A DNA stretch of 64,000 nt from Moniliella sp. 'wahieum' (GCA_003971905.1 RSEE01000035.1:186001-250000), one strand, 5' to 3'. Shown: positions 50,364 through 64,000, numbered from the stretch's first letter. Made by a program: numbers and translations. Notes: a model not told the origin generated them from the letters alone.

Positions 50364-53300
50364 GGGTGGTGTGGAGCGTTCCTTGTGCTATGCACCATTT
50401 TGATGACTCGATAAATCAATCCGGCAAGCTTCGCGGAAAGGTGCCTATGGTTGAGGCGGGGGAAGGTTGTGTCGCTTTCCTTACTGGGTACTTTGCATCC
50501 TCCTATACCAAAATTCACAGGTATATCGACGTATCCCTCCGCTTCTTCAAACCTACTGCTTGGGTGGACAACGTCCCGGCACACTAATGGCGTTACAAAA
50601 GTGCATTTTTGCAGTCGTCCTTTTCAATGGATACTACTATGATGCGTTCGCCAGTGAGCAGCGCACGGATTCCTCTCTGGTGTAGTACACGTACAAGTGA
50701 TGCAGACACACGGGGTGAGAACTGAGTCCTGGCGACTAACAAGGGCCTGAGGCCTGAGGCGGCCTGAGGAGAGATCAAGTAGAAACTAAAGCATCATCGA
50801 TCGATGAAAGTGCCAGTATATGAGCACAGCTGATGAATGTGTATACACCCAGCCGCCATATACATTCAGTCGGCTCTACCTAGTATTTTCAACTCCCCAT
50901 CTGGTTTCGATCCAGACCCTCGCCTCCGTCCTTGCCTCTCCCGGTTCCAGTTATTAATGCGCTGGACCCTGACTGCTTGACCCTGACTCAATCTGTCCCC
51001 TCGCACTTTTTTCCCTTGACCTTTGACTCACTTAGTTCTCCACTGACAGAGACTTGATTCCCTTAGACTCGTTCCTCCCAAAACCGCAATGGCCAAGCTG
51101 CCCACGATTCCTTTTTTGCCCCGTTTGCACTTGCTTGTAAGCATATCTAGTTACTAGAGCAACCATCTTAGGGTCAACCTGTTTCTCCTTTCCTCCCACT
51201 GCATGGGAGTCTCGCAACCGTCACATCGGATAACCCCTACTACCATGTATTTTCTCGAACGCTGCCAGGCTCTGCCCACAACCACTCTCAAGGCATATAT
51301 ACTCGCGACAATCTTATATGCGTTCATCAGTGCCCCATGTACCTTGGACTTTCGTGGGATCTGAAACGCTTTGGGCCCTGCTTGAGTCATGTCTCCGATG
51401 TACGGAAGGTCTCCCTTGGGAGAAGGAACCCCTCCCCCCCCCCTCCCTTCACATACAGCTGATGCAAAGGTACCAGCACCTCATGAGATCGTTGGAACGA
51501 AGTGGGCATAGACAAAAGAGGGGTATGGGCACCTTGACCTTCTCAATAGGTCATGAGAGCAATAAGGAACAGAAAGATCTAAGAGAATGAGACGTAAATG
51601 GAGACGGAGAGTCGCTAGTCACTAGTCACGGACGGTACCCCATATGAAAAGGTGACCACAGCACCGTAACCCATAATGCGATGATAACGGAGATAATGAT
51701 TTCCTCCTCTGTGTGGATGACTATAGGCGCGCGTGAAAAGAGAGATAAAAAAGGATAAAAGTTGCCATATTAGAGACGGGCATCATTTTGGAAGACGAGG
51801 AGAACATCATCGAAAGAGGGCGTTGAACTAAAGGTGGCGGTCTTGTATGAAGACCGGTTTGTTCGCTACTACGATATAGCAGTGAGAGACATATAAAATG
51901 CGATACGTCGGAAGCGATGAAGCGGAGCCCGCCGAACAGAGGAGAAGAAGAGATACTGAAAGGGACGGCTATTATGCTTTTAGCGTCCGCCCTCTCTGTG
52001 TCTGCTCATATAGAAAAACAGTAATAGCAATGCTTTCTTGTGCACCGCTCCTTTGGAAAAGGCGGTTGCATTACTTGTGTACTTGTAGATGATATTACTT
52101 TGAGAAAGATTGAATTCTGTCGATCTAACGCAATGCACACCCACAGCTGCTCATGCATCTGTCCCAAATGGATGGTGGAAAAGCGATCACAGCTTTTGTG
52201 GGCCATTTGTTATTTCGGATCTTAGGCGCGAAACGCACACGCTGCAACAATGATTGAGACGGACATGAAGAGTTGGACATCCGTGCCCTGTCGCATATAG
52301 CAATCGCAGGCAATGATCCCTCTCCTCCTCTCTTTTAATCCGATCGACCTGCATCTTCTCGTTAGTTTGCTCTAACGTATCCATCCCAATGGGGGTTTGA
52401 CGGGCCCGTGCTTATGGAGCAACAGTAGATCTGCTGCAAAAACCGATGAAGCGTCCTTATAACCCTCTCTTCTTCTCTTCCCGCTCTACCTACAGAACGC
52501 CATAACGAACAACCTTGCCTCCCCCCCCGTTTTGTTTCCTTCCCATCATCGACATCATCTGACTCTTCTTCGATGAAAGTGTTTTGGGTTCGATAACACC
52601 CACCGAGAGTTTGGCAGCTGATGGCAACGGCGCATGAAGTGTCCCCTTATTTTGCCTACACAATCAAAAAGAAGCTGATACTCCGTGCTTTGCACATGTA
52701 GGGCTTGGCCGTTCTATATCTGCTGTATCGAGCGAGCTTATTACGCGTTACGGCCTCAAGATTAGGCCTTAGGCTTTAAGCTTAATTTACGGTGGCCTTT
52801 AGGGTCTTACACGTTACTAGCTATCCGAATCCGTTGTGTATTTGGCTTCTATACGTATAGTCAGCCCTATAACGAGACTCTCATGAAGCTTGAAGCTTGA
52901 AGCTTGAAGTTTGAGAGCAGGTGAGGCCTGTGAGGTGCCTGCGAGGTGCTTACAGTTGATAAAAGGGTGGTAGCTTAGTAGGATCTTCCTAGAGCTGAGT
53001 CTTAGCACTGAAAGCGAAGTGGGTGCGCTGTTCAAAGACAGAAGGTGAGACCAACAGGGCCGTTCGCATCAGTATATCAGAAAAACACAAGAAGCAAAAA
53101 GGAATCAAAGCTATGTCATAGCCACAGACCGCGTGGTAGAGGATGCATCAGACCCTCCGGACAGAGTCGGAGCGATCTGGATCAAGCCTGAGCACCCGCA
53201 TTATGCTCTCGCCCAAGTACCGTCTCATGCGTTACGCGTTACCGCGTTAGCGGGTACCGTCGTCGCTGCTAGGTACTCGTTATATGGGAGCCTCGCAGCT

Positions 53301-55634
53301 CAGTCTGATGAGGAGCGCTGAGGCTCAGCGCTCACGAGTCGCGCTGGGCTGCGCTGAATGATTAATGACCTAATGACTAGCGCTCGCTGAGCTCTCTAAG
53401 ATATTGATCACAGGCAGTGTGTGGGGTGCTGGTGAGCGATTCCAACGTCCAACGCGGCTCCCCGCAAGCTCCACATCGAGCGGGGGGCGGTAACCGGAAA
53501 CCGGTAACCTGGTCCCCGCTCTCTCGCTTGTAAAGCTTAAAGCTTAACCGTTGTGGGCGGCATTGTGGTGACAGATGATGTCGAGGATGCACATGTACAT
53601 GTGATCGCGGAGACGGCGTCCGCCCTCTCTAGGGTCTATTATCCTCGCAGCTCGCTCCATCGAAGCTTGAAGCTTGAAGCTGAGTTTCCCAACGGTTGTT
53701 CTCTTGGGTCTCTTGCGTCGGTATGTCTTCAGATCTCAGAATTGAGACTGGAATGGGAGCGTGAACGTTGAACGCAACTTGAGGATCTGAGATCTGAGAA
53801 GCTTCAGAATACCACATCTCACATGCCACCGATCTCAGGCCTCAGGCCTGGCCTCAGCGCCGCGTCAGGCCTCAGGGTCTCTCAGATCTCACAGGATCTC
53901 AGATGCTGGTGGAGCCTATGTTGTGGCTACGGAATACTTAGTACTTACGTGCTAATGAGCAATATCTCAGATGTCACTTGTAGTTGTCTGACGCTGTGAA
54001 AAGTGCTGTGCATTCTGCATTCTGCATTACCGTGTCCAGTCCATCGTGGTCAGTACTCAGTGCAGAGCTAGTCACGCGTACCGTGTACCAATCATCGACA
54101 TCCCGCAGAAGGACTGAGTGCCTGTGTGTTCCTGCGGAGTTGTTGCTTCTTGCACTGTAGCTAACGGCATTGAGTACTGCGTATTGAGTACTCAACTGAG
54201 AGTACTTACTGAGTACTGAGTACTGAGCACGGTACCGAGCGGATTGCTATCAGATGTGACATGTGAGATGTGAGAAAGACGTGCGAGAACAGACTGGGAT
54301 GGAAGAAGAACTGCGTGGGAGGTGGGCGGTGGAGGCGGGACGACCTGCTGCCCCAAACGAAGGACTAGAGATGTGCGATGCACTTGCAGAAGGAACCAAC
54401 CCCACAGCAGCGTTTTCCGCCCCGCTCGGGGATGGGCGGGGTGGGGGCTGGCACGGGGGTGGCGTGCGTTGGCGCGGCGGCTCGGTTGGGACGGGGCGGG
54501 GCGAGTTGCATTGTTCGTGGCCATCGACGCCCGAGGCGACCAGCCGCTGAGGTTCAGGTTGAGGCTGAACGTTGGGTGGATCGTCGAGAAGGCCAGCAGG
54601 CAGCCTACGTAGTGGGTGTGCTGCGGGGGCATATCATCCATCCCCTGCGCATCACGCGCCAGGCGTCAAGTAGTCAATTGAACTTCAATGTTGAACTGAA
54701 CGTTGGCTGCGATGGCCAGCAGCCAGCAGCCAGCAGCCAGCAGCGCATTGACTGTGACATGCCGCCTGCGCCTCCCCGCCGTGTCCTGCCGCATCTGCCG
54801 CAGAGCGCCCGGGCGGCCGGGGGCTCAGTGGCCCCGTGCCCCGGTGGCTTAGGGCCCGACACCCAGCACCCCGTGCATCATGCATCATGCAATGCAGCAT
54901 TCATATGCATTTTCCGACGTCCTGTTGCTGGGAAGGGTGACGCTCACGCATGCATGCTTCCCGCCGACGCAGCGGGCACAGTGGGCTGCTGGGGGGAGCG
55001 CAATCCCACAGCCATGCCACAGCACGGCCAGAGCCGCGAGAGGGCGCGTGGCGCTGCGCAGCCCCCGTGCTGCGTCCCCCGTCTGCACGCGTCACGCACC
55101 GCACGCCCAGTGTCGGCGCGGGGCACGCGCGCTGGTGCGCCCGCATCCAGCATCCAGCCGCCGCCTAGCCAATACGAGGTATCTTTGCCCGCTACCTCTC
55201 CCCCGTGCGGCCTGGCCATGCAGTAGCTGCCCCCGCCTCTCGCCGCCATGCTCTCAAGGACGCCCTCAAGAGCGGCGGCCACGTCCTCTTCAGCCCGACC
55301 GCCAGCCCCCGCCGCTCGCCTCCACCCCGCCGCCCCACCCGCCGCGCCGTCTCCATCCGCCCCCGCCGCCCCGCCCCCCGCGGCTGCCCCTGCCTCTGCG
55401 CCCATCCCCTCCCCCAGCCCCACACCCACGCCGTCTGCTGCCCCACCCCGTCCCAGACGCTGCCGCCGCCACCTTTCCCCGCCGCAGCACCACCACCCTC
55501 TGGCGCGACTTGGATTGGATCCGCCGCGGCACTCGGCCATCGTCCGCAAGAGCCGCTCCTCCACCGCCCTCTCCCCGCCCCGCACCTCCTCCGAGCTTCC
55601 CTCCCCCGCCGGCGAAGCAGCCGATGCATTTACA

Positions 55635-58600
55635 ATGGCCAGCACACTCGCCCCTCCCCGCGTCCGCCGCCGAGCACGCCGCCTCGCTGCTCCCCCCACG
55701 CTCGCCGTTCCGGCTCCTGTTCCAGCTCCAGCTCAACCCTAGCTCCTGCGCCAGCTCCGCCCCGGCTCCAGCTTCGGTTCCAGCTCCAGCCCCGGTTTCA
55801 GCTTCAGCTCCAGCCCCAGTGTCCGCTGATCCCTCTGGCGCCGTATCCCAGGCCCAGGGGAGCCAGCCATGCTGTCTCGGCCTGGGCCTGCTCTGCATCT
55901 GCGCCCACATCCGCCGCCCCCCAACACCCCTCGCGTCCACGCACCTCCCTACTCGCATGTCTACCAGCGAGCTCTCGGCTCTGGCGCCGCCTCCGCGCCT
56001 GTCCCCCTCCCACCGCCTCGGAACGGAGCCCGTTAGGCGCAGCACGGCCCATCCGTGGCTGCCTCTGCCTCTCCTTCTCCGCCGCGTACTCTCCGGGACC
56101 AAGCTCCGGTCCCCGCCAGCCATGCTTCCCTCCATGCTCCCACTCCCCCGTCGAGCCACCTGCACCCACCCCTTGGCACCCCGCGGCCGCAATCGTTTGA
56201 CCCAGACCATCGACCTTCCGTCCCTCAGCTCGACCCTTCCTCACGCGGGCATCGCGCCTCGTTCGATCCTTCTCACCCGCGGCGGCACCGCTGCCTATGG
56301 TCTGGGCCTCCTGCGCCTGCCAAGCCGCCTTCCCAGTTGCCCGACGGTACCGCACCCCTCTTGACTCCAAACCTTTGCTTCTGTTCAGAAAAGTCCGAGG
56401 TGATGGACAGCGACCTGGCCCAGGCACCCAGCATCAATCGACGGCCGGCCAGCCAAGTAAACGTACGGGGGACGACGGGCACTCTCAACCAGGACCACCT
56501 TCATTTTATTATGCCTATCCCCCCCAATACGGTCTCGACGCTAACGCCGAGCCTGGAGCTGAAGCTGACATGGACGGTGATTCCCAAGTTGGCGCCAAGA
56601 CTGACCCGACCACGTACCCTGGATCAAGTCTTGCATCCCATCATCATACCTCCCAAGCTTCCGATGCACCGTCGACAATCACATCGATCTACGCTAGTCG
56701 TATGGGCGGTGCGCGCCGCGCCTCCTTCGACAGCTCCTCTTCCAGTTTGCCCAAGCGCGATCGCGATTCCGTCGCCTCCACTCGACGTCGGGGTGCGACG
56801 CTGGATACAGCGGCCAGTCCCAACCGGGCCACACGTCCTTTGATTCAGATTCCTCCCGTAGGAGGTGTGCAACAGTTTCTCTACACTTCTTCCCCGGTTG
56901 GTTCGAGCGCCGCTCTCAGTCACAGTGCTCAGCCCGACAAGTCTGCATCTGCATCTGCATCTGCGTCTACGTCTGCGTTGGGCAGTATGACGTCGGACCC
57001 ACGGCAGCAAGGCCTGGTCGCGTCTCCCTTTTCCGACTTGAATTCGCGCTCTTCGTCTGGGTTGTCAGCCTCTGTCGACGCTGGCATTGCTGCAGGCAAC
57101 GCTACTGGTACCGCTGCTGCTGACGGTACACGCGAACCGCTCCCTTCTGCTCGTGTCGGCAACATGGCCTTGTCTGGGTCCAAGGCGAGCGAGACGTCGC
57201 ACTCTGAGCAAGAGACCAACCCCCCGCCCCCTTTCCCTGCCAAGGCAGAGACAGGGCGGGGCCTTAGTGCACGACTGTCATCCGAACCCGAACACCCACC
57301 CCAGCCCAGTCGCGCCCCCACCACTTCGACCCCGGTGCCGTGCGCCCTCTCTGCCCTGGCATCGACCAGCGCGAGCGCGTCTGGATCAACCTTTGCCAGT
57401 CGTATTTTGGCCGCTCGATCGAGTCCTTTGCCACCCACTGGCCTTTCTGGCTCGTCGTCAGAGCCCCCTTCCCTATCCCTCCCCTCCCTTGCTCCGCTTC
57501 GTACCGTCGACGCGAATTTCGCTTCTGCCTCCCCAAGAGGAACTTGGTCCCCTCCGACCCCCGTCCCTGGTTGGGAGGCACGCAAGGGGTCCCCGTCACC
57601 TACGCTTCGGTCAAAAGCCAGCTCGGGTGCGTTGGAGGGATTGGACCCCGTTCGTTCTTTGGGCGTCGCCGTTGTCGGTCAGCGGGGCGTGGGCAAGTCC
57701 ACCGTCATTCGCAAGGGGCTGCGCCAGTTTGGCCTGTCCAAGCCGACGCGGCTGTCGGGTCAGTGCAGCGCGTATGCTATGCAGTGCATTCTGGATCAAG
57801 AGCCCGAACAGGTTCGTGTCTTGGAGATTGACTCGTCGGCCTTTGTGGGTACCACGGGCCGCGAGTTGCGCTGGCCTGACGAGTTGGATCGTATCGAGGG
57901 CGCAGTGGTTTGTTACGATGCTAGTCACCTTCCTTCTCTCAAGGGAGTTCCAGAGCTTTTGGGTACGTTGCTCGCTTGATGTGGCTTGAAGATGTGTGAG
58001 AGAGAAAGGAATCAACTGACGAACGAATCGGGTACTAGAATTCTTTCACAAGTACCGTGTTGTTACTGTGGTCATTGCGTGCAAGTCCGAGAGCCCAGTC
58101 AAGGCAATTGACCCCTTTTTGGTCTCCGAGTTGGCGAGCAAATTTGGGGTCAGCCTAGCCGAGGCCAGTAGTGAGTCGGACGACGGTAAGCGGCGCGTAA
58201 AAGATTGTTTCCACCACCTCATCAAGCAGATCGCCAAGGCACGCCTCTCTCGCGCCGACGAGGCTCTGGGCTACACAAGTCAACGCCACCGCCCCCTTCT
58301 GTCCTCGGGCCCTGCGTCGGACCCTTCGGGCGTGGGCTCTCTCTACACCGCTTCGAGCAGTACCTTAGTAGACTTGATCGAGTCCTCGGGCGCCGAAAGG
58401 GACTGGTTGGCAGCAAAGGAAGATCAAGATCTGATGACCCCTGGGCCCGAAGCACTGAGTATCTCGGATTTCCTTGCTTCCATGTCTGTCCCCGCTCGAG
58501 AGGAGGACAGCGGCGATACTGAACTGAGCGGCGAGGACGATGACGACGAAGAGGAGGACAAGTCATGGGCCACCACGAGCAGGCACGCCCAAAGATCGCG

Positions 58601-60995
58601 CGGAGAAGCTCCTGCACCGTCCTCCTCGGCTTTGGCAGAGGCAGACGAGGACGGCGAGGGAGATGCCAACCCCACTCGGCAATGGATGCAGCAACTCGCC
58701 ATCCCTTCGTACCCAGGCGTACCTTCTTGTGATGCTCCCTCGGCCACCGCTGTGCAGTCGCTCCTGTCCCGCACCTCGCGCCGTACAGACTCGAGTCTGG
58801 GGCCGATCGTCGAGGGTTCTACCACCCAGCAGGCTGCTCCTGCCCCCGCTGCCTTTGTTAGGCCCCACCAACAGTCTTCATCTCCCGCCCGGAGCAGGCC
58901 ACTTTCCCCTGGCCATCCACAAAAGGGGAGGGCGAAAGAACCAGTGTATGTTCCTACGTTGGACTTGTTTGATCGCTTCTTTTACTCGGTGGTGGCCATG
59001 ACGGACCCAGACTTTTTGGCCGCTGTGCTAGTGTTTTATCGTGCGTTTGCCCATCCGGAGGACATGCTGGATCAGTTTATCGATCGCTTTGATGCACTGG
59101 CCGAGGTACGCGATATGGACCAACTCCTCGTCCGTCACGCTTTGGTTCGCTTGGCCACCGTCTTCCACGATTGGGTCCTCGCCTTCCCCGGCGACTTGAG
59201 CGCTCCGGGCATGCAGCCTACTCTACACCAGTTTGCCCAGCGCTTAGCCCATCACGCTTGCACCGCGCCGCTCCTCCCGGCCCTGGAGGCGGACCTAGCC
59301 ACATGCGCCACAGCCATCGACTTGGACGTCATGTGGTCCCTTGACGCCTCCTTCACCCGCCCTTCGCCTTCGTCCACCGCCCGCCACCAAATGTACCGGC
59401 ACAGCATTCTCGTCCGATCCCAGGATCGCACCTCGTCCACCACCGACGCCCCATCCGCCACCTCGGGCCCCACTTCGTCCGTCCCTACCCCAGCAGGCTC
59501 CTCTCCCCGCGCGCTGGGTCCTTCCGCTCGGTCACGTGGTGCCGGTGGGTCTCACCCCACGGCCGCTGTGCCCTCGAGCTCAGCACCGGGCTCTACCACC
59601 GTTAGTAGGACCAGTGCACCCCCACCCACGGGGGAGACCAACCCGACCCTGTCCACTGGCCGGCCCCGTAGCTCCTCGGTTCTGTCCACTTCGTCCGAAC
59701 GGGGCAGCATCAAGTCGTGGTGGACCGGCGTGTCAGCTGCTTCGCTCGAGGCGGAGCGACAAGCGCTGGCACCTCTTCTGCCCTTGATCTCCCGCGGCGG
59801 AGCAGCTCACTTGGCCTCCTCCCCGAACGCAAGCTCGGTACCGTTGTGCCTTCCGAACGCAGCACAGGCAAGGAGAAGGAGAAAGGGGTGGATAAGGGTA
59901 TGGATCTGGATCTGGATCTGGACAATGATAAGGACAAGGCTTTGGACAAGGCTTTGGATAAGGACCAGAAGGACCAGGATAAGGCGTTGGACAAGGACAA
60001 GGACCAAGACCAGGGCGCGGACGCGGACATGGATAAAAATACCGACCTTCTTCCCAAGGATCCGCGTGAAGAGTCCAAAGAGGGAAAGACTCCGTTCCAC
60101 GTTCTTCCCACTCTTCTCCCCCGCCCAGCCAGGTGCCTGCCCCGGCCCCTGCGTCAGTAGGCGCTGGGCCATCTGTGCCTCCCCCACCATCGGCAAGTTG
60201 TCAATGCGGGACGTGTCCAACGGAATCCTTCTTGCCGACGAAGCAGCGATCGCTTCGGAGCTGACGAGGATCGAGTGGGAGCTCTTCCGGGACATTGGAC
60301 CTCGGGATTTCTTGCGCCATGCGCTGGTCAAACCCCAAGAACGTATCCCCAACGGTCGGGTCGCGAAAAGCATCAGCCACTTCAATTATGTCTCGGCGCT
60401 CGTGACCAGCGTGGTGCTGGTTCAGCCCAAGATCAAGACACGCGCTCGCATGTTGGAAAAAATGGTTCGGGTCGCTGTCTGTCTTCGCATGAGCAACAAT
60501 TACAATACCCTCCAAGCCGTCTTGGCTGGCATCAGTGGCGGCCCCGTGCATCGCTTACGGCACACTCGCGCCCTGGTCCAAGAAAACAAGGAACTGCACA
60601 AACGCTACCTCTCCCTCGTGCGACTGATGCAGACCGATCGCGCTTCGGCGGCGTACCGTTTAGCCCTGGAAAACTCATCGGGCCGAATCATCCCCTTTAT
60701 CGGAGTTCACCTCCACGATATCTTGTCCACGGCCGACGGTAACGTTTCTCGTCGCTCGTCGGACGGGGCAGTACATTGGCGCAAATTTGCCCTGTTGCAC
60801 GATGCGATCGGGACGTTGACCCGGGCCCAGCGGGGGGCTTCAGCTCCCCCACTGGACCCTAACCCCGACCTCACCCGCTTGCTCCTCAACGTTCCCATCC
60901 TCGACGAAGATGAGGCGTGGCACATTTCCCTCTTGGTCGAACCAAAGGCTACCACCCCGGCTCAATCCCTCCTGCGTAAAATCCAAGTCGCTTGA
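55635..60995 (+). CDS. RasGEF (REM + CDC25 domains) with an upstream Ras-like P-loop domain
   Basis: VAVVGQRGVGKS G1 motif; REM-like DFLAAVLVFYRAFAHP; CDC25 domain IASELTRIEWELF...NNYNTLQAVLAG...IPFIGVHLHD...HWRKF. Intron 57963-58038. Start uncertain. Confidence 0.85.
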
Positions 60996-61304
60996 TCCCG
61001 ATCCTAATCCGTTCGCGGGTCCGTTGCTTGTGCTTTCTTGGGCTTCTCTGCTCTGGTCCTCTCATCTCATCTACTCCCTTGGCTACTTCTCGCCTCTTCT
61101 GTCCTCCTCCCCCGCTGTCCCATCCGGCCGGACGCGTACGCGTTGCAATCCGACACATCCGACACACATTCGGCCCTGGTCCGCGTCCACATTGGTTTCG
61201 CCCTGGTCCTGCCCTCCCTCCCCCCGCCAACCCCGTCCTGCTTGCCCGCCACTGCTATGGACAGATATCGTGCTACCAACCTCCTTTCTCAGCTCACTCC
61301 CTTT

Positions 61305-61440
61305 TTATCCTTATCCTTATCCTTATCCTTATCCTTATCCTTATCCTTATCCTTATCCTTATCCTTATCCTTATCCTTATCCTTATCCTTATCCTTATCC
61401 TTATCCTTATCCTTATCCTTAACCTTATCCTTATCTTATC
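61305..61440. repeat. (CCTTAT)n hexamer microsatellite, about 22 copies
   Basis: Directly visible tandem repeat. Confidence 0.97.
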
Positions 61441-62600
61441 GGACTCCCCTCCCCTCCCCGCCCCTCCCTCTCGCATCCCACTCCCCCGCCTACTATCATG
61501 CATCATGGTTAATCATGCTGGACTCGGATGGTTTGGTCTCCGGTGCCCTCTGGACCAAACTCTCCCCTCTCCTCATCTTCTTTCTTCTTCTTTCCTTTTC
61601 CCCTCCTTTCCTTTCCTTTCCCTCTTCCCTTCTTCACTTCTCTCCTTCTTCACTTCTCTCCTTCTCCCCTTCTTCCCTTCCTTCTCCTTTCTCTGTATCA
61701 TGTTGTGGCCCTGGATCGTGCTAGGCACTTGGCACTTGGGCTTATCCAAGTTGCTGCGGCTGCCATGGCCCATGGCCACCACACCTCCGCTGCCACCACC
61801 ACCACCTCTTGCTTTTCTTCTCTCTTCCTCTTCTCCTCCTCCTCCTATTGCTTCTTTGCTTCCTCTTTCTCCACACTGTGTTCCTCTCTTCCTTCTCTCC
61901 TTGCTCCACATTGTGTTTCTACATCGATCCTTCCCCCCCCCCTCTCTCTCTCCCAGACCACAATCACCCACGTGCTCTTCCTGTTCCTCTATTGCTCTGC
62001 CCACACGTGTTCGCTACAATCTCACCGCGTTCTCGCCTTTCCCTTGGCCTCATAGTACCTACTAGGATTATTACTACTCTTGATTCCCTCCCCTTAACCC
62101 CCCCCACCTACCCCACCCGATGAGCTTGCTGTTGGACGATTGTGGTATTGCATATCGTACTAGTTATCAGCACTCTGATGAAGGATTGCATCAACTTACT
62201 GTCCCTTGCATGATCGGTTGCGCCACGCTCGACGCTCGTTGGTTGTTTGGTTGCTTGATCGCTTGATGCTTGATCCGCAGGACCTGCCCCACCCCCATCC
62301 CTCTTCCCCATCCTCCCACCAGAGATCATCGATCATACCCCCCGCTTGCCTGCCTTGGGCGGCTGGCCCCACAAGCACCTAGCACCGTTCCTCGACTTAG
62401 ACCGGTGACGTCATCCCGGGACGCAGGCCCGAATTGAACGTTGCAGATATGTGGTGTGGTCAGCGATCGTTATCGATGAGGCTGAAACGAGCGCGCCTTG
62501 GGCGCTCGGGCTCTCGACGACCAGTACCCCCCCCAGCACCACCACCACCACCACTGCCGTCACTACCACCACCACTGCCACTGTCACCACCACTGCCACC

Positions 62601-64000
62601 ATGGATAGCCAGGGCGGCTACTTCGCCCCAAGTGCATGGGCCTCCCCCTCCTCCCGCACTCCACGGACTCCGACCACACGCTGTCTGCGTTGCCACCCGA
62701 CGACCCTGTCCCCCCCCGCAAGTTGACCCCCAAGCAGGAGGAGCGGCTGCGGGCATATGTCGATGACCAGTTTACCACCATCTCTCGCGGCGTGGCCAAA
62801 CGGTATGTTCGTGCATCCATTTGGCCCCTACTCTTTGTTCTGACTCATTTGCCCCAGGCACGAAGCGACGAGCTCGCTCCCAACGCTTACAGCCTACCTC
62901 AGCGCGGTCAACAACTTGCTTGACATTATTCTCACCATCCCGCTCTATGGGACAACGGTGCACTGCAGATCTCCTATTTGCTTCGCATCACGGCCGTAGT
63001 GTTGGAAGACGTGCCTGGTATTCCCCCGTGGACCCGACCAAGTACCGCTGACGATACCGACCCCGACCAGCTGGCCGTCCGCCTCCCCGATGCCGCACTA
63101 GCCGGACTCAAGTCTGTCCTCTTGACTCTGGAGGCGCTTGATCGGGCTTGGTACAGCGTGCTGTTTGGACGTCAAGTATCCATCTCTTCCTTGCGCTTGC
63201 ACTCGCAGCAGAGTGTTGAGCGCGCCCTCGTCCGACGGCCGCAGGCGCGGACGTGGTGCAAACGTCGAGGGAGCGACCGGAGCACACCAGGCAGATCATC
63301 AGATGGCACTCCGAGCTGTACAAGCCGGTCATCTTCCTCCCGTTACTTCGCCTGCCCCGGGGACGCGGAGGATGTTTTAGCGATGAACGTCGGATGTGGA
63401 AGCCCTCACTTCTTCCCGTTACCTTGCTCTTCTCCCTCCCATGGCGCGGATGCCAAACACACGACTGCCCCCTCGCTTGACCCGAGTGTCGCAAGGGAAG
63501 CCATCCCGTTTTGGGGGGAATAGGTCACGTACTGTCCCTCAGACGGATCGGTGTCCGGTTGCGCAACATTCTTGTTTTGGGCAAGGAGGCCTGTCTTTGC
63601 CTGGTGATAGAGATCCCTCGGCGGACCGCCCCCACCCAAACTGATGGATGAGGTGACAGGTGCCTTGGATGGAGTAGGAAAAGTGGGCGTCATGCCTTCG
63701 CACCGGAACAATGAGGCATTTCGCCAAACCCTCCGACCTAGCCAACACGTTCGGGACCTCTTTGTCGACCAGGGGAATTTGGGCGATGACCTACGTCCTC
63801 GGGAAGAGGTCTTGTCTGGCTCCGAACCTGCAACTCCATCGGCAGCAACCGAGGTCGGCACAGCCGCTGCTTCTACGCTGCCCAAGAATCTAGCCAGCGT
63901 CCCATCTGCGAGACGGAACTGAACGACTATCGTTCAGCACTACAATCCGAGGTGACACGAGTCTACCTACTTGCACAAGAATTCCCAAGTCCTGCTGGCC
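62601..64000 (+). CDS. Tfb6-like (TFIIH-associated) protein, probably truncated by the window edge
   Basis: Segments EERLRAYVDDQFTTISR..KR, LQISYLLRIT, LEALDRAWYSVL and QTDRVRLRNIL resemble fungal Tfb6-family blocks (recognised from memory). Intron 62803-62857. Indels. Confidence 0.55.

Noticed and set aside
50780..52730. Mating pheromone precursor or box C/D snoRNA cluster
   Set aside because: I found no short CaaX-terminated ORF and no convincing paired RTGATGA/CTGA boxes.
54880..56364. 494-aa Pro-rich ORF as a separate gene
   Set aside because: Stop-poor GC-rich leader and N-terminal region of the RasGEF locus. Several frames are open, with no independent support.
61305..61440. Interstitial telomere
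   Set aside because: The unit is ATAAGG on the minus strand, not TTAGGG, and there is no subtelomeric context.
60992..62065. 357-aa ORF with a poly-(IL) hydrophobic tract
   Set aside because: Translation of the (CCTTAT)n microsatellite and pyrimidine-rich 3' flank.

Overview
GC-rich eukaryotic DNA from a fungus, probably a basidiomycete smut-type lineage. This is inferred from short GTACGT/GTATGT...CTGAC/CTAAC...YAG introns and the gene content. About 17 protein-coding loci are present: an Ecl1-like Zn-finger protein, RSP5, BIO2, HEM3, a kinesin with a degenerate motor, an amino-acid permease, RPP0, ubiquitin-S27a, an ERI1-like exonuclease, a DYRK kinase, a hypothetical protein, a ketopantoate reductase, RPL43, CFD1, mitochondrial tRNA 2-thiouridylase, a GTPase-RasGEF fusion and a Tfb6-like protein. 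There are also two intron-containing tRNA genes (Gly-GCC, Pro-TGG) and many microsatellites. Most long genes, including essential ones, carry small indels, which points to unpolished long-read errors, so CDS ends are approximate. The most interesting signals are a recurring intergenic repeat pattern (6-bp palindrome + 1 nt, period 7), a putative heme-regulatory CP motif on HEM3, a probable pseudo-kinesin, a Ras-like domain fused to a RasGEF, an 11-mer shared by ribosomal-protein promoters, and a head-to-head CFD1/MTU1 pair.
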